A stretch of DNA of 64,000 bases, taken from the IMG/VR virus record IMGVR_UViG_3300032322_001765, positions 1 through 64,000 of that record; one strand, given 5' to 3'. Made by a program: the position numbers and the translations under genes. Position 1 is the first letter of the stretch. Every line of letters begins with the position of its first letter. Positions 1 to 6,819 of this stretch are shown here, piece after piece. The notes under the pieces were generated by a model that ran no database searches, had not been told where the DNA came from, and was given only the letters and a program-made list of their open reading frames with translations.

Positions 1-2
1 TA

Positions 3-848
3 CAATTTACTAACGGTAATTCAAATGTTACTATCAATGCCAACTCAAACACATGGACATTTGATAGTACTGGTAACTTGATTATCCCAGGATCATCGGG
101 CGGATTCATCAAAACAGTAGCAAATTCGTCAATAGGTATTGCGGCAGTTGATAATGGTACAAACAATCCAGCACAATTAATGTCCTTTAATGTTACTGCT
201 AATGCCCCGACTACTATCGTATCAGCGTATGCTACTAATGCGCTTATTCAAACTAATGCAACTGGTGCAATCAATACTTGGTCGTTTGATAGTGCAGGTA
301 ACTTAACATTACCAGGCAACACTTTTGCAGTCAAATATGCAAATGGTACGCAGGTGTCCTTAGCTGGAAGTAGTATTAGTAACGGTAACAGCAATGTCTC
401 TATCGCAACATCAAATGGCAATGTTGTTATAAACGCAGTCGGTAATGCTACGATGACAGTTACTGGTACAGGTGCTAATATTACTGGTACATTAACTTCA
501 ACTGGTAAGATTGGTTATGCATCAGGTGCTACAGTAACACAAACTACAAACAGAGGTCAAGGTGTTACTATAAACAGTTTATCAGGTACTGTCGTTACAA
601 CAAGTGCTGTTATGGTTCCAGATCAAGTAGATGCTATTGCGGTCAATAACAATCAAGTAGATCCTGCAACTGATATTGTATATGCTCAAGTAGTAAGTTA
701 TCACAATGGGTGTTATTTAGTTACGCCGTTGCCTACAAGCCTTGTGGGTAATGGATTTTATTTATACTTAAAAAATATAGATACATTTAGTACAGCCAAT
801 GAAGCAGTAACAATAAGATTTATAGTGCAAAAAGCACCTAACTCATAA
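3..848 (+). CDS. Virion fibre/structural protein, 5'-truncated by the window edge
   Basis: Frame is open from base 3 (QFTNGNSNVTINANSNTWTFDSTGNL...). Repeated TW(T/S)FDS(T/A)GNL units and Asn/Thr/Gly-rich beta-type sequence. The C-terminal ATVTQTTNRGQGVTIN motif is typical of phage fibre/minor virion proteins. Confidence 0.65.
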   Translation, partial: QFTNGNSNVTINANSNTWTFDSTGNLIIPGSSGGFIKTVANSSIGIAAVDNGTNNPAQLMSFNVTANAPTTIVSAYATNALIQTNATGAINTWSFDSAGNLTLPGNTFAVKYANGTQVSLAGSSISNGNSNVSIATSNGNVVINAVGNATMTVTGTGANITGTLTSTGKIGYASGATVTQTTNRGQGVTINSLSGTVVTTSAVMVPDQVDAIAVNNNQVDPATDIVYAQVVSYHNGCYLVTPLPTSLVGNGFYLYLKNIDTFSTANEAVTIRFIVQKAPNS

Positions 849-849
849 T

Positions 850-875
850 AAAAAAGCCCCTTAAGGGGCTTTTTT
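850..875. terminator. Bidirectional intrinsic terminator
   Basis: AAAAAAGCCCC-TTAA-GGGGCTTTTTT between convergent genes. The stop codon of the minus-strand gene lies in the loop. Confidence 0.9.
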
Positions 876-1094
876 ATTGGCTAATTTAGATAGCATATGG
901 TCTGTATATTTGCTTTGACACATGGTTACTACATCTTGAAAGGGCCATTCTAAATGAAACGGACAACCACTTTTCCAGTTGCCATGTTTTTTAAAATAAC
1001 CTAACTCCTTCAAATCAGACATATCAGACGGATCAAAACGTTTACGTCTGTTTGCGTAATCACTAAGCAGTGTCCAATGTGGAGTGTTATTCAT
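861..1094 (-). CDS. Hypothetical phage protein (78 aa)
   Basis: Start moved from the track's 1184 to ATG 1094 (MNNTPHW), immediately after the upstream stop at 1096. The C-terminal GCPFHLEWPF motif looks conserved. Confidence 0.7.
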   Translation of the reverse strand: MNNTPHWTLLSDYANRRKRFDPSDMSDLKELGYFKKHGNWKSGCPFHLEWPFQDVVTMCQSKYTDHMLSKLANKKAP

Positions 1095-1095
1095 T

Positions 1096-1284
1096 TTAAT
1101 CACGTTCCATATGTGCTGCTTCTTGAATAATTTTAGTAACTTCATCCAAAGTTTGGCACATAATTTTTGCGGTAGCCCAATCACCGTCGTCGTTTCTACC
1201 TGAAACTTCTACCATATATCCGTTATCATACATATACACAGACAAGCTATCACTACATTTTGTAAGTTTGTCACTTAGATTCAT
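1096..1284 (-). CDS. Hypothetical phage protein
   Basis: AAGGA RBS before the ATG, operon-like packing, protein-like composition. Confidence 0.75.
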   Translation of the reverse strand: MNLSDKLTKCSDSLSVYMYDNGYMVEVSGRNDDGDWATAKIMCQTLDEVTKIIQEAAHMERD

Positions 1285-1299
1285 ATTTGTCCTTTATAA

Positions 1300-1326
1300 A
1301 AATAGGTAGGGAGCAATTGCTCCCTT
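1300..1326 (-). terminator. Probable intrinsic terminator
   Basis: Perfect palindrome AGGGAGCAATTGCTCCCT (1308-1325) followed on the minus strand by ACCTATTTTT, just after the stop at 1332. Confidence 0.6.
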
Positions 1327-1331
1327 ATCCC

Positions 1332-1679
1332 TTAAGCCGCAACTTCTTCTTTTTTACCACGCTCTTTGATTGCATCAAGACTAGGCTTAGTTGCTTTTGT
1401 TGCCTTAACCTTGACTGTACCCTTAGGCGCCTTTTCACGATCAGCAATTGCATCACCAATCAATGCCTGATCATCTCCGCCTTGATAATCTGCATGTGCT
1501 TGCAGATACTTAAGTGCATCAAGTTTAGTCATTGCACTAGGCAATTCAATCAAATCGATGCGAGTTGCACCACCTTTAGTAAACTGTTTTACACGGCGAA
1601 TCAAATCGTCAGTAAAACGAACTTTGCTGTTACCGTTGTGAGTAGTGATACCTGCTACTTTGAACAATTGTTCAGACAT
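1332..1679 (-). CDS. Hypothetical protein with basic Lys/Ala-rich C-terminus (possible nucleic-acid binding)
   Basis: GAGG RBS and its own sigma70-type promoter at 1732-1760. Tail KAPKGTVKVKATKATKP. Confidence 0.75.
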   Translation of the reverse strand: MSEQLFKVAGITTHNGNSKVRFTDDLIRRVKQFTKGGATRIDLIELPSAMTKLDALKYLQAHADYQGGDDQALIGDAIADREKAPKGTVKVKATKATKPSLDAIKERGKKEEVAA

Positions 1680-1731
1680 AATTACCTCTTAAGGTTGTTA
1701 ATAAAAAAGATGTGTTTTACACACAGATATA

Positions 1732-1760
1732 ATGATAACACCGATCAAGTTTATTGTCAA
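1732..1760 (-). promoter_or_regulatory. sigma70-type early promoter
   Basis: TTGACA (1760-1755), 17 bp spacer, TATCAT (1737-1732), with an extended -10 TG. Confidence 0.75.
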
Positions 1761-1782
1761 GAACCGGTGTTACCAAAATTCT

Positions 1783-1926
1783 TTAGGCTTCGCCCAAAAG
1801 TTGAGCCTTCTTAATTGGGCTTTGACCCATACCCAACATTTGAGCCATCAACCAATTTTCGGCTGCGATAACGATATCAGCCCAATAACTTTCACTCATA
1901 TAAACTCGGACACGAAAATTACGCAT
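1783..1926 (-). CDS. Small hypothetical protein, 47 aa (not in ORF track)
   Basis: GGAG RBS, 2 nt after the upstream stop. Translates as MRNFRVRVYMSESYWADIVIAAENWLMAQMLGMGQSPIKKAQLLGEA. Confidence 0.75.
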   Translation of the reverse strand: MRNFRVRVYMSESYWADIVIAAENWLMAQMLGMGQSPIKKAQLLGEA

Positions 1927-1928
1927 GA

Positions 1929-2342
1929 TTATTTCTCCAAAGTGTAAGGTTTGTTCCAACGACCGATATTAACGTCTACATACCAGCCCACATCAAAGTA
2001 GTCAGTTTGAATATCCGAATTGTCGTGATTACCGTTGTTCATTGCAGTCAAAATTTCCTTGAGAAATTTTTTTGCAACACCGTCAAAATGATCCTGATAC
2101 CAAAACGGGTTAACATCAATGTAATCTACTGCAGGGCGAAAGCCACCGTAGTTTGCGTATCGTGGATCATCAACATTCACAGTATTGTAATTACCGATAA
2201 AATCAATTGCACCCGACTTAATGGTCAAGCACAATGTCATGTGATTACGGACACTCAGTGTACCCTTAACATTATACTTTTTCAGAATTGCCTTAACGAC
2301 TGGGGCGATACGTGCTTTCTTTTCTTGAGACATGTAAGCCAT
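1929..2342 (-). CDS. Hypothetical early protein, LPD29-like C-terminal motif
   Basis: AAGGAG RBS and promoter at 2375-2403. DNSDIQTDYFDVGWY resembles the SDxxTDYFD motif I recall from the LPD29 polyvalent-protein domain. Confidence 0.55.
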   Translation of the reverse strand: MAYMSQEKKARIAPVVKAILKKYNVKGTLSVRNHMTLCLTIKSGAIDFIGNYNTVNVDDPRYANYGGFRPAVDYIDVNPFWYQDHFDGVAKKFLKEILTAMNNGNHDNSDIQTDYFDVGWYVDVNIGRWNKPYTLEK

Positions 2343-2374
2343 TTATTGCTCCTTGTTCATCAGTTAATATAGCT

Positions 2375-2403
2375 ATTATATAGCCAAACCCATTTAATGT
2401 CAA
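2375..2403 (-). promoter_or_regulatory. sigma70 consensus early promoter
   Basis: TTGACA (2403-2398), 17 bp, TATAAT (2380-2375). Confidence 0.9.
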
Positions 2404-2405
2404 AT

Positions 2406-2558
2406 TTATTTTTGAGTTTTGTTATAAAGTTTCAAATATATTTCATATTTGACATTTTCATAAGTTGTATTATTGATAACATTATGTAACAAAATTGCAT
2501 CATTCTTGTGGGCACAGCCCACAAGAAATATTGCTAAAAAGACAATAAAATTTTTCAT
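2406..2558 (-). CDS. Small lipoprotein, 50 aa (not in ORF track)
   Basis: MKNFIVFLAIFLVGC-AHKN...: basic N-terminus, hydrophobic core, lipobox LVGC. No clear RBS. Confidence 0.6.
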   Translation of the reverse strand: MKNFIVFLAIFLVGCAHKNDAILLHNVINNTTYENVKYEIYLKLYNKTQK

Positions 2559-2573
2559 TTTTATGGTCAAAAA

Positions 2574-2873
2574 TCATGAAGACCAATAAGTTTCTGAGGA
2601 CGGACTGCAAAAGTAAGGAGTGTCATAACGCTCCTGAAACGTCATACCGTATTGCAGATTCTTACGTGTTACATAAGTTTCAAAAACTTCAACTACAAAA
2701 CCTAGTTGACGTTTTTGTTCCGCAACCGTTTCGATATAATCCTTAGTACACTCTGCAAAATCAATTGCAGTATAGAAACGTAGACCTGGCTTGCTCTTAC
2801 CATAACGGTCTGCTTTTTTAACTCGCTTGTCTGCTTTGTAAATTTCTAGGGTGTATTCAGTAAGTGTAGACAT
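2574..2873 (-). CDS. Hypothetical early protein (99 aa)
   Basis: True start is ATG 2873 (MSTLTEY) behind an AAGGAG RBS. The track's longer N-terminus runs through the promoter. Confidence 0.8.
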   Translation of the reverse strand: MSTLTEYTLEIYKADKRVKKADRYGKSKPGLRFYTAIDFAECTKDYIETVAEQKRQLGFVVEVFETYVTRKNLQYGMTFQERYDTPYFCSPSSETYWSS

Positions 2874-2879
2874 TTGTTG

Positions 2880-2932
2880 CTCCTTGTTATTGACTATACC
2901 GTTATTATATGCCCAAAACGATTTATTGTCAA
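2880..2932 (-). repeat. 53-bp promoter+RBS cassette, copy 1
   Basis: 48/53 identical to 3136-3188. Contains TTGACA (2932-2927)-17-TATAAT (2909-2904) and AAGGAG. Confidence 0.9.
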
Positions 2933-3129
2933 CCAAAAACTGCCTTATAAACCATCTCACGAACCATGGTGTCATTAGCTTCATGTAGACCACTCACCGT
3001 AGAGATATCTTCCATCATTTCAGTTATTTGGGCAACTGACCAATTAAGTTCTTTTGCAGCGATTACAAGACCGTCGATGACCCTGTTGCCATATTCTGTG
3101 AACATACCGTAATGTTGGACTTGAAACAT
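2929..3129 (-). CDS. Hypothetical early protein (66 aa)
   Basis: True start is ATG 3129 (MFQVQHYGMF) behind AAGGAG. The TGA stop lies inside the next promoter's TTGACA. Confidence 0.8.
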   Translation of the reverse strand: MFQVQHYGMFTEYGNRVIDGLVIAAKELNWSVAQITEMMEDISTVSGLHEANDTMVREMVYKAVFG

Positions 3130-3135
3130 TTGAAT

Positions 3136-3188
3136 CTCCTTGTTATTGACTATACCGTTAGTATATAGCCAAACGGATTTATTGTCAA
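3136..3188 (-). repeat. 53-bp promoter+RBS cassette, copy 2
   Basis: TTGACA (3188-3183)-17-TATACT (3165-3160) plus AAGGAG. 5 mismatches to copy 1. Confidence 0.9.
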
Positions 3189-3340
3189 GTTTCGGGTAAA
3201 GATTTTTTATGTTTTTGTTGTCTTTTGTACAACATTTTGCTTTTGACAACTTTTGGCTTGAAGGGCAGATCGTTGTCAAAAAGAACACGGTGTGCCCTAG
3301 GTTTGACTTGTGTTGTAAAACTGATAACTTCTCGTTTCAT
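3185..3340 (-). CDS. Small basic protein, ArfA-like (51 aa, not in ORF track)
   Basis: MKREVISFTTQVKPRAHRVLFDNDLPFKPKVVKSKMLYKRQQKHKKSLPET, with its own consensus promoter at 3377-3405. PFKPKVVKSKxxYxRxxKH resembles the ArfA core but lacks the KGKGS segment. Confidence 0.5.
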   Translation of the reverse strand: MKREVISFTTQVKPRAHRVLFDNDLPFKPKVVKSKMLYKRQQKHKKSLPET

Positions 3341-3376
3341 GATAGCAAAAATATAACAAAATATTAATTATACCTT

Positions 3377-3405
3377 ATTATATTGCCAAATCTATTTTTT
3401 GTCAA
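3377..3405 (-). promoter_or_regulatory. sigma70 consensus early promoter
   Basis: TTGACA (3405-3400), 17 bp, TATAAT (3382-3377). Confidence 0.85.
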
Positions 3406-3417
3406 ATATTTCTACGA

Positions 3418-3942
3418 TCATGAAGAAAGTTCTTTGAAAGACGATACTTCAAAGTTCCAAATGTCAACAGAGGTTGTTGCATTCGGTGTAAACTGAGGTT
3501 TACCACCAAACTTACTAAAAGGAATTCTTAGTGCAACTTCTCTACGTTTTTGTTTTTGCCCAACATAAAACTCAGGAGGTATTTTAAAATAAAAAACCTC
3601 ATTTACCATAGGATCAACAACAACTACTCTTAGTAAACCCTTTTTATTTTTTGTACTGAAGCCGGCGCCTCGTTTAGGTTTAGCAATTGTTCCTTGATTA
3701 ACCACTGTAACTTTTTTGGCATCACTACCATCATCAAAATCTCTACCAGGAATATTTACTCGTTGAATTTTACCCGTGCGTGATATAGCATTTTCTACAA
3801 GACTTTCCATTGCTAAATCACCACGTGTTGTGGCTTTTTGTAGAATTGGTAAATCTCTTTTTGTATATCCAGCAAAGCGATAAATTTTGTTAAGCAAAAT
3901 CAAATCGCTAGCAAAAACATCTAATGAATATTTACTTGCCAT
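3418..3942 (-). CDS. Hypothetical protein, possible PD-(D/E)xK-fold nuclease
   Basis: E...DFDDGSDAK pattern resembles a restriction-type catalytic motif. TAATG coupling to the upstream gene. Confidence 0.4.
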   Translation of the reverse strand: MASKYSLDVFASDLILLNKIYRFAGYTKRDLPILQKATTRGDLAMESLVENAISRTGKIQRVNIPGRDFDDGSDAKKVTVVNQGTIAKPKRGAGFSTKNKKGLLRVVVVDPMVNEVFYFKIPPEFYVGQKQKRREVALRIPFSKFGGKPQFTPNATTSVDIWNFEVSSFKELSS

Positions 3943-4175
3943 TATCGTTTAGTAGTAGTGTAATGAGTACCTTTAGGACCTTTGCTGATAAAAGTTCTTC
4001 CATATAACTCAGCTTGGTACTCATCACTTTTAACATTATATTTTAAAACAAGTTTAATTTTTCGCTCTAAACTAATGCTAAGTAGAACTTCCGGTTTAAA
4101 TTCTAAAATTTCTGCCATAACGGTTTCACCGTTGTCTACGCATGTTACTTTGGCAGTGTCTTCATACCGTATCAT
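3942..4175 (-). CDS. Hypothetical protein
   Basis: 1-nt stop/start overlaps on both sides. Confidence 0.75.
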   Translation of the reverse strand: MIRYEDTAKVTCVDNGETVMAEILEFKPEVLLSISLERKIKLVLKYNVKSDEYQAELYGRTFISKGPKGTHYTTTKR

Positions 4176-4627
4176 TATAGTTCAGCCTTTTCACCAATTT
4201 TGGTAAATAGAGTATCAATCTTTTTTTCTCTTGTCCAACTATTTAGATATCGATTATCTACATTACAAATGTCAATCGCCTCATCCTCTGTAACCACACG
4301 ATGACTGACAATAATTTCATCCAAATGTTCTTGGCTAAACTCTTTTGCTTCTTTACATACAACAGTATCCAGTGCATATTCTTTTTTGCCTTTGGGTACT
4401 TGAACCATATAACGCATTCTAAACATACTTACGGCTTCAACTAAAACCCATTCAGTTTCGTCTGATGGTTCTATCTTAGAAAGACTGTAAGTCCCATCAT
4501 CGTTCTTTTTCCAATCTAAGGTATCACCTTCTTTCCAACCCAACTCTGCTAACATTTCTTCAGGTAGTGGAATGATAGGATCGCCATTTTCATCTTCTTC
4601 AACAGTAGCAATAAATTTTTTCATCAT
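4175..4627 (-). CDS. AbrB/MazE-like swapped-hairpin domain fused to an acidic C-terminal domain
   Basis: IIPLPEEMLAELGWKEGDTLDW matches the AbrB/MazE/SpoVT signature. Confidence 0.65.
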   Translation of the reverse strand: MMKKFIATVEEDENGDPIIPLPEEMLAELGWKEGDTLDWKKNDDGTYSLSKIEPSDETEWVLVEAVSMFRMRYMVQVPKGKKEYALDTVVCKEAKEFSQEHLDEIIVSHRVVTEDEAIDICNVDNRYLNSWTREKKIDTLFTKIGEKAEL

Positions 4628-4908
4628 AATATCCTTATTAAGCCTATAGTATCAATAACAACAATTAATAAATAATTTGCAATCATACCAAACGAACCTC
4701 TAGTGAATGCAGCCCATGCGTATAACGCACAACCTAAAATCCAAGCTGGATATAGAGCAAGCAGGGGAGGATTAGGTACAGTTAACGCCATGGTTAGCGA
4801 ACAACCAATACTTATTGCCCAAGCTAAAACTTCTATGAAAAACCTAAATGGATTAGTTTTATAGTCCTCTTTGATCCAAACAAGTACATTTATTAAAACA
4901 TTGTTCAT
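4624..4908 (-). CDS. Small multi-pass membrane protein
   Basis: About three hydrophobic segments, ATGA overlap. Confidence 0.7.
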   Translation of the reverse strand: MNNVLINVLVWIKEDYKTNPFRFFIEVLAWAISIGCSLTMALTVPNPPLLALYPAWILGCALYAWAAFTRGSFGMIANYLLIVVIDTIGLIRIL

Positions 4909-5138
4909 TCAATGACTTTAGGTTTACTCATTAATTTTCTACATTGTGTTACTACATATGATGGATACTGCTCCTCAGCACTTAGAACTTCTGGACAACT
5001 AAAAGTTATAGTAATAGTGTCCTCATCATCGAATCTGTTATTTTTTACTAATCCATATACAAAAAAGATAAGAAAAACAATTACCAATAAAGTTACTATT
5101 GGCATGAAGATGCCACCGATTCTGTCAGAGTTAATCAT
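4905..5138 (-). CDS. Membrane-anchored hypothetical protein
   Basis: N-terminal hydrophobic helix (IVTLLVIVFLIFFVYGLV) and a CxxV...C pair. Confidence 0.7.
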   Translation of the reverse strand: MINSDRIGGIFMPIVTLLVIVFLIFFVYGLVKNNRFDDEDTITITFSCPEVLSAEEQYPSYVVTQCRKLMSKPKVIE

Positions 5139-5147
5139 AATATTCTT

Positions 5148-5219
5148 TCAACAACATTTGTCTAAAGCATCAGATTTTGCAACACGGTAGGTATTGCCAC
5201 TTTTAAGAAAGTATGTCAT
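5148..5219 (-). pseudogene. 23-codon gene stub, probable deletion remnant (N-terminus of a phage AAA-ATPase-like gene)
   Basis: MTYFLKSGNTYRVAKSDALDKCC* starts 6 nt after a TATAAT box. The +1 frame continues TNVVERIL* into an ATGA overlap with the next gene. The family assignment is from recall only. Confidence 0.4.
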
Positions 5220-5225
5220 GTTATG

Positions 5226-5254
5226 ATTATATATTAGGTTTCTTTAAATGCAAA
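5226..5254 (-). promoter_or_regulatory. sigma70-type promoter (leaderless spacing)
   Basis: TTTGCA (5254-5249)-17-TATAAT (5231-5226), with ATG 6 nt downstream. Confidence 0.65.
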
Positions 5255-5268
5255 TGTAATTGGGTAAA

Positions 5269-5469
5269 TTAATCTCTAACCCGAACAATCTGTTTGTGTT
5301 CCAAAATAACACGATCACGTACACTACCATATATAGTAATAGGGTCATCCAAAACTACAGTGTGTTTGACATCACCGCCGTATGCAACACGGCTTGATTC
5401 TACCCGACCTGTTACAGGAAACTCATTCATATATTCACCAAACACCTTCATACCTGTGTAATCCCACAT
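5269..5469 (-). CDS. Hypothetical phage protein
   Basis: AAGGAG RBS. Confidence 0.75.
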   Translation of the reverse strand: MWDYTGMKVFGEYMNEFPVTGRVESSRVAYGGDVKHTVVLDDPITIYGSVRDRVILEHKQIVRVRD

Positions 5470-5485
5470 AAAGACACTCCTTAAG

Positions 5486-5689
5486 TTATTTGGTAATCAA
5501 CTTTACAAGATAATTATGGATCATATTCATTTCCTCTTGATCCACGTAAAAATCAGTCAAAGGATCATAGTATTGACCCTCTTTTGGATCGTAGTACAGT
5601 ACACGACCATCAGCATAATAGAAGGGGCCTTCGAGACCTTTGCGAGGTTGCCATTTATTATTACGATCACAAATAACTGCATATCCCAT
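5486..5689 (-). CDS. Hypothetical phage protein (Tyr/Asp-rich)
   Basis: TAATG coupling. GLEGPF...VLYYDPKEGQYYDP motif. Confidence 0.75.
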   Translation of the reverse strand: MGYAVICDRNNKWQPRKGLEGPFYYADGRVLYYDPKEGQYYDPLTDFYVDQEEMNMIHNYLVKLITK

Positions 5690-5925
5690 TATTCAACTCC
5701 AAAATGTTCTTTAAGTTTCGCAACTCTATTATCTAACAATTCTAATCCTTCTAATCCGCCGACATAATCTTCTGCCCAAACTTCGTGATGTTCAGTGGGT
5801 TTAACTATGTCGATACACTCTCGCACAATCAACTCAGCTAGCATTTCCATACGGTGTTGGCAATCCTGGCTGATGTGTTTGTGCAAACCCTTACTTAAAA
5901 TTAATTCTTTAACTCGTTCATTCAT
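5689..5925 (-). CDS. Hypothetical protein of a common phage family (MNERxKEL...AELIVREC...EHFGVE)
   Basis: Recognisable terminal motifs and operon packing. Confidence 0.75.
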   Translation of the reverse strand: MNERVKELILSKGLHKHISQDCQHRMEMLAELIVRECIDIVKPTEHHEVWAEDYVGGLEGLELLDNRVAKLKEHFGVE

Positions 5926-5934
5926 GGGTTGTAA

Positions 5935-6123
5935 TCACCATTCACCTTCGGCACAACTTATCAAATATTGATATACTTTATTTGGTTCTGATTCAAATAC
6001 TATTTTTGGTATTTCACCATCGAAAGCTTTATTTGGAGTAAGCCACCATTCTTGAGCATACTTCTCGCCTAACATGCCTTTTAATAACATATTGCAACGA
6101 TTTTGAATTATGTCGATACTCAT
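5935..6123 (-). CDS. MbcA/ParS/Xre antitoxin C-terminal-like domain protein
   Basis: AQEWWLTPNKAFDGEIP resembles the W-x-x-PN-x-x-(L/F)-x-G-x-x-P signature of that family. Confidence 0.5.
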   Translation of the reverse strand: MSIDIIQNRCNMLLKGMLGEKYAQEWWLTPNKAFDGEIPKIVFESEPNKVYQYLISCAEGEW

Positions 6124-6458
6124 TACATGCCTCGCTTAAACGTATTTAAAGAGGGGTTGCATGTATTGATTAAAAAAGTTTCACGTGAATGAGCTAGTTT
6201 TTTGCCTCGTACAATTTCGAGAACGCCGTAAGAAAAATTGTCAGGACCATAATTACGTAAACTTTGGCACAATCCCCAATCTTTGTTTTCAGTTAATGAT
6301 CTCTGCAAATGCTTTTGCATACGACGATGTAACGTTTTTTTGACGTTGCCTTTGTATGCAATTGCAGTTATCCCAACATATTGCTCATTTGTAACAATAT
6401 TTGTTACACAATAAACAACATGATTCCGATCACTACGCTTTTTACGATTTTTTAGCAT
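6123..6458 (-). CDS. GIY-YIG family endonuclease (111 aa)
   Basis: VVY...YVG motif, HRRMQKH Arg, ETFLI Glu. True start is ATG 6458, 6 nt after the -10 box. Confidence 0.75.
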   Translation of the reverse strand: MLKNRKKRSDRNHVVYCVTNIVTNEQYVGITAIAYKGNVKKTLHRRMQKHLQRSLTENKDWGLCQSLRNYGPDNFSYGVLEIVRGKKLAHSRETFLINTCNPSLNTFKRGM

Positions 6459-6464
6459 GATGCT

Positions 6465-6493
6465 ATTATATAGCCAAATCGATTTATTGTCAA
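6465..6493 (-). promoter_or_regulatory. sigma70 consensus promoter (leaderless spacing)
   Basis: TTGACA (6493-6488)-17-TATAAT (6470-6465). Confidence 0.9.
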
Positions 6494-6495
6494 CC

Positions 6496-6528
6496 AAAAA
6501 GAAATGTTACCCTAAAGCAACATTTCTT
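6496..6528 (-). terminator. Intrinsic terminator abutting the next promoter
   Basis: Minus strand AAGAAATGTTGC-TTTAGG-GTAACATTTCTT (12 bp with one G-U) followed by a T run. Confidence 0.65.
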
Positions 6529-6533
6529 GTCAT

Positions 6534-6722
6534 TTAAGCAACTTGTGTGTATGTTGCTCTAAAGAAACAATCGGGGTCTCCGAAAAAATACCCTTCACAG
6601 AACCTTTTGGCTTCTTCCTCAGTAGTGAAAAACTTCTCACCCATATGCCGCTGACCGTAGCCTCGTTCGTATTCAGTCATTGTCACTTTGAAAAGTGTTG
6701 TTTTTATGTTAACTTCAGTCAT
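6534..6722 (-). CDS. Hypothetical phage protein
   Basis: AAAGGAG RBS. EYERGYGQR...FTTEEEAKRF motif. Confidence 0.75.
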   Translation of the reverse strand: MTEVNIKTTLFKVTMTEYERGYGQRHMGEKFFTTEEEAKRFCEGYFFGDPDCFFRATYTQVA

Positions 6723-6723
6723 A

Positions 6724-6789
6724 TTAGTCTCCTTTAGGGAGTGTTATTATCCAAATAAATATTAGCAAAAGTATAAGAAACCAGAACAT
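6724..6789 (-). CDS. 21-aa hydrophobic membrane peptide (not in ORF track)
   Basis: MFWFLILLLIFIWIITLPKGD, with an AAGGAG RBS and promoter at 6820-6848. Its 3' end carries the next gene's RBS. Confidence 0.65.
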   Translation of the reverse strand: MFWFLILLLIFIWIITLPKGD

Positions 6790-6819
6790 TAAGCTCTCCT
6801 TTTATTCTACTACAATCAT

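Noticed and set aside
2880-3188. Direct repeats as a CRISPR array
   Set aside because: Only two 53-bp copies, separated by a whole gene, with promoter/RBS content and no cas genes.
6123-6458. GIY-YIG gene as an intron-encoded mobile homing endonuclease
   Set aside because: It consists of the catalytic domain only, has its own promoter, and has no surrounding intron structure or split host gene.
2874-6497. Shared peptide motif (V/L)DNKS.W.Y.N in the N-termini of track ORFs 2574-2993, 2929-3288 and 6123-6497
   Set aside because: This is an artefact of translating the TTGACA-N17-TATAAT promoter repeat. The real starts are downstream (2873, 3129, 6458).
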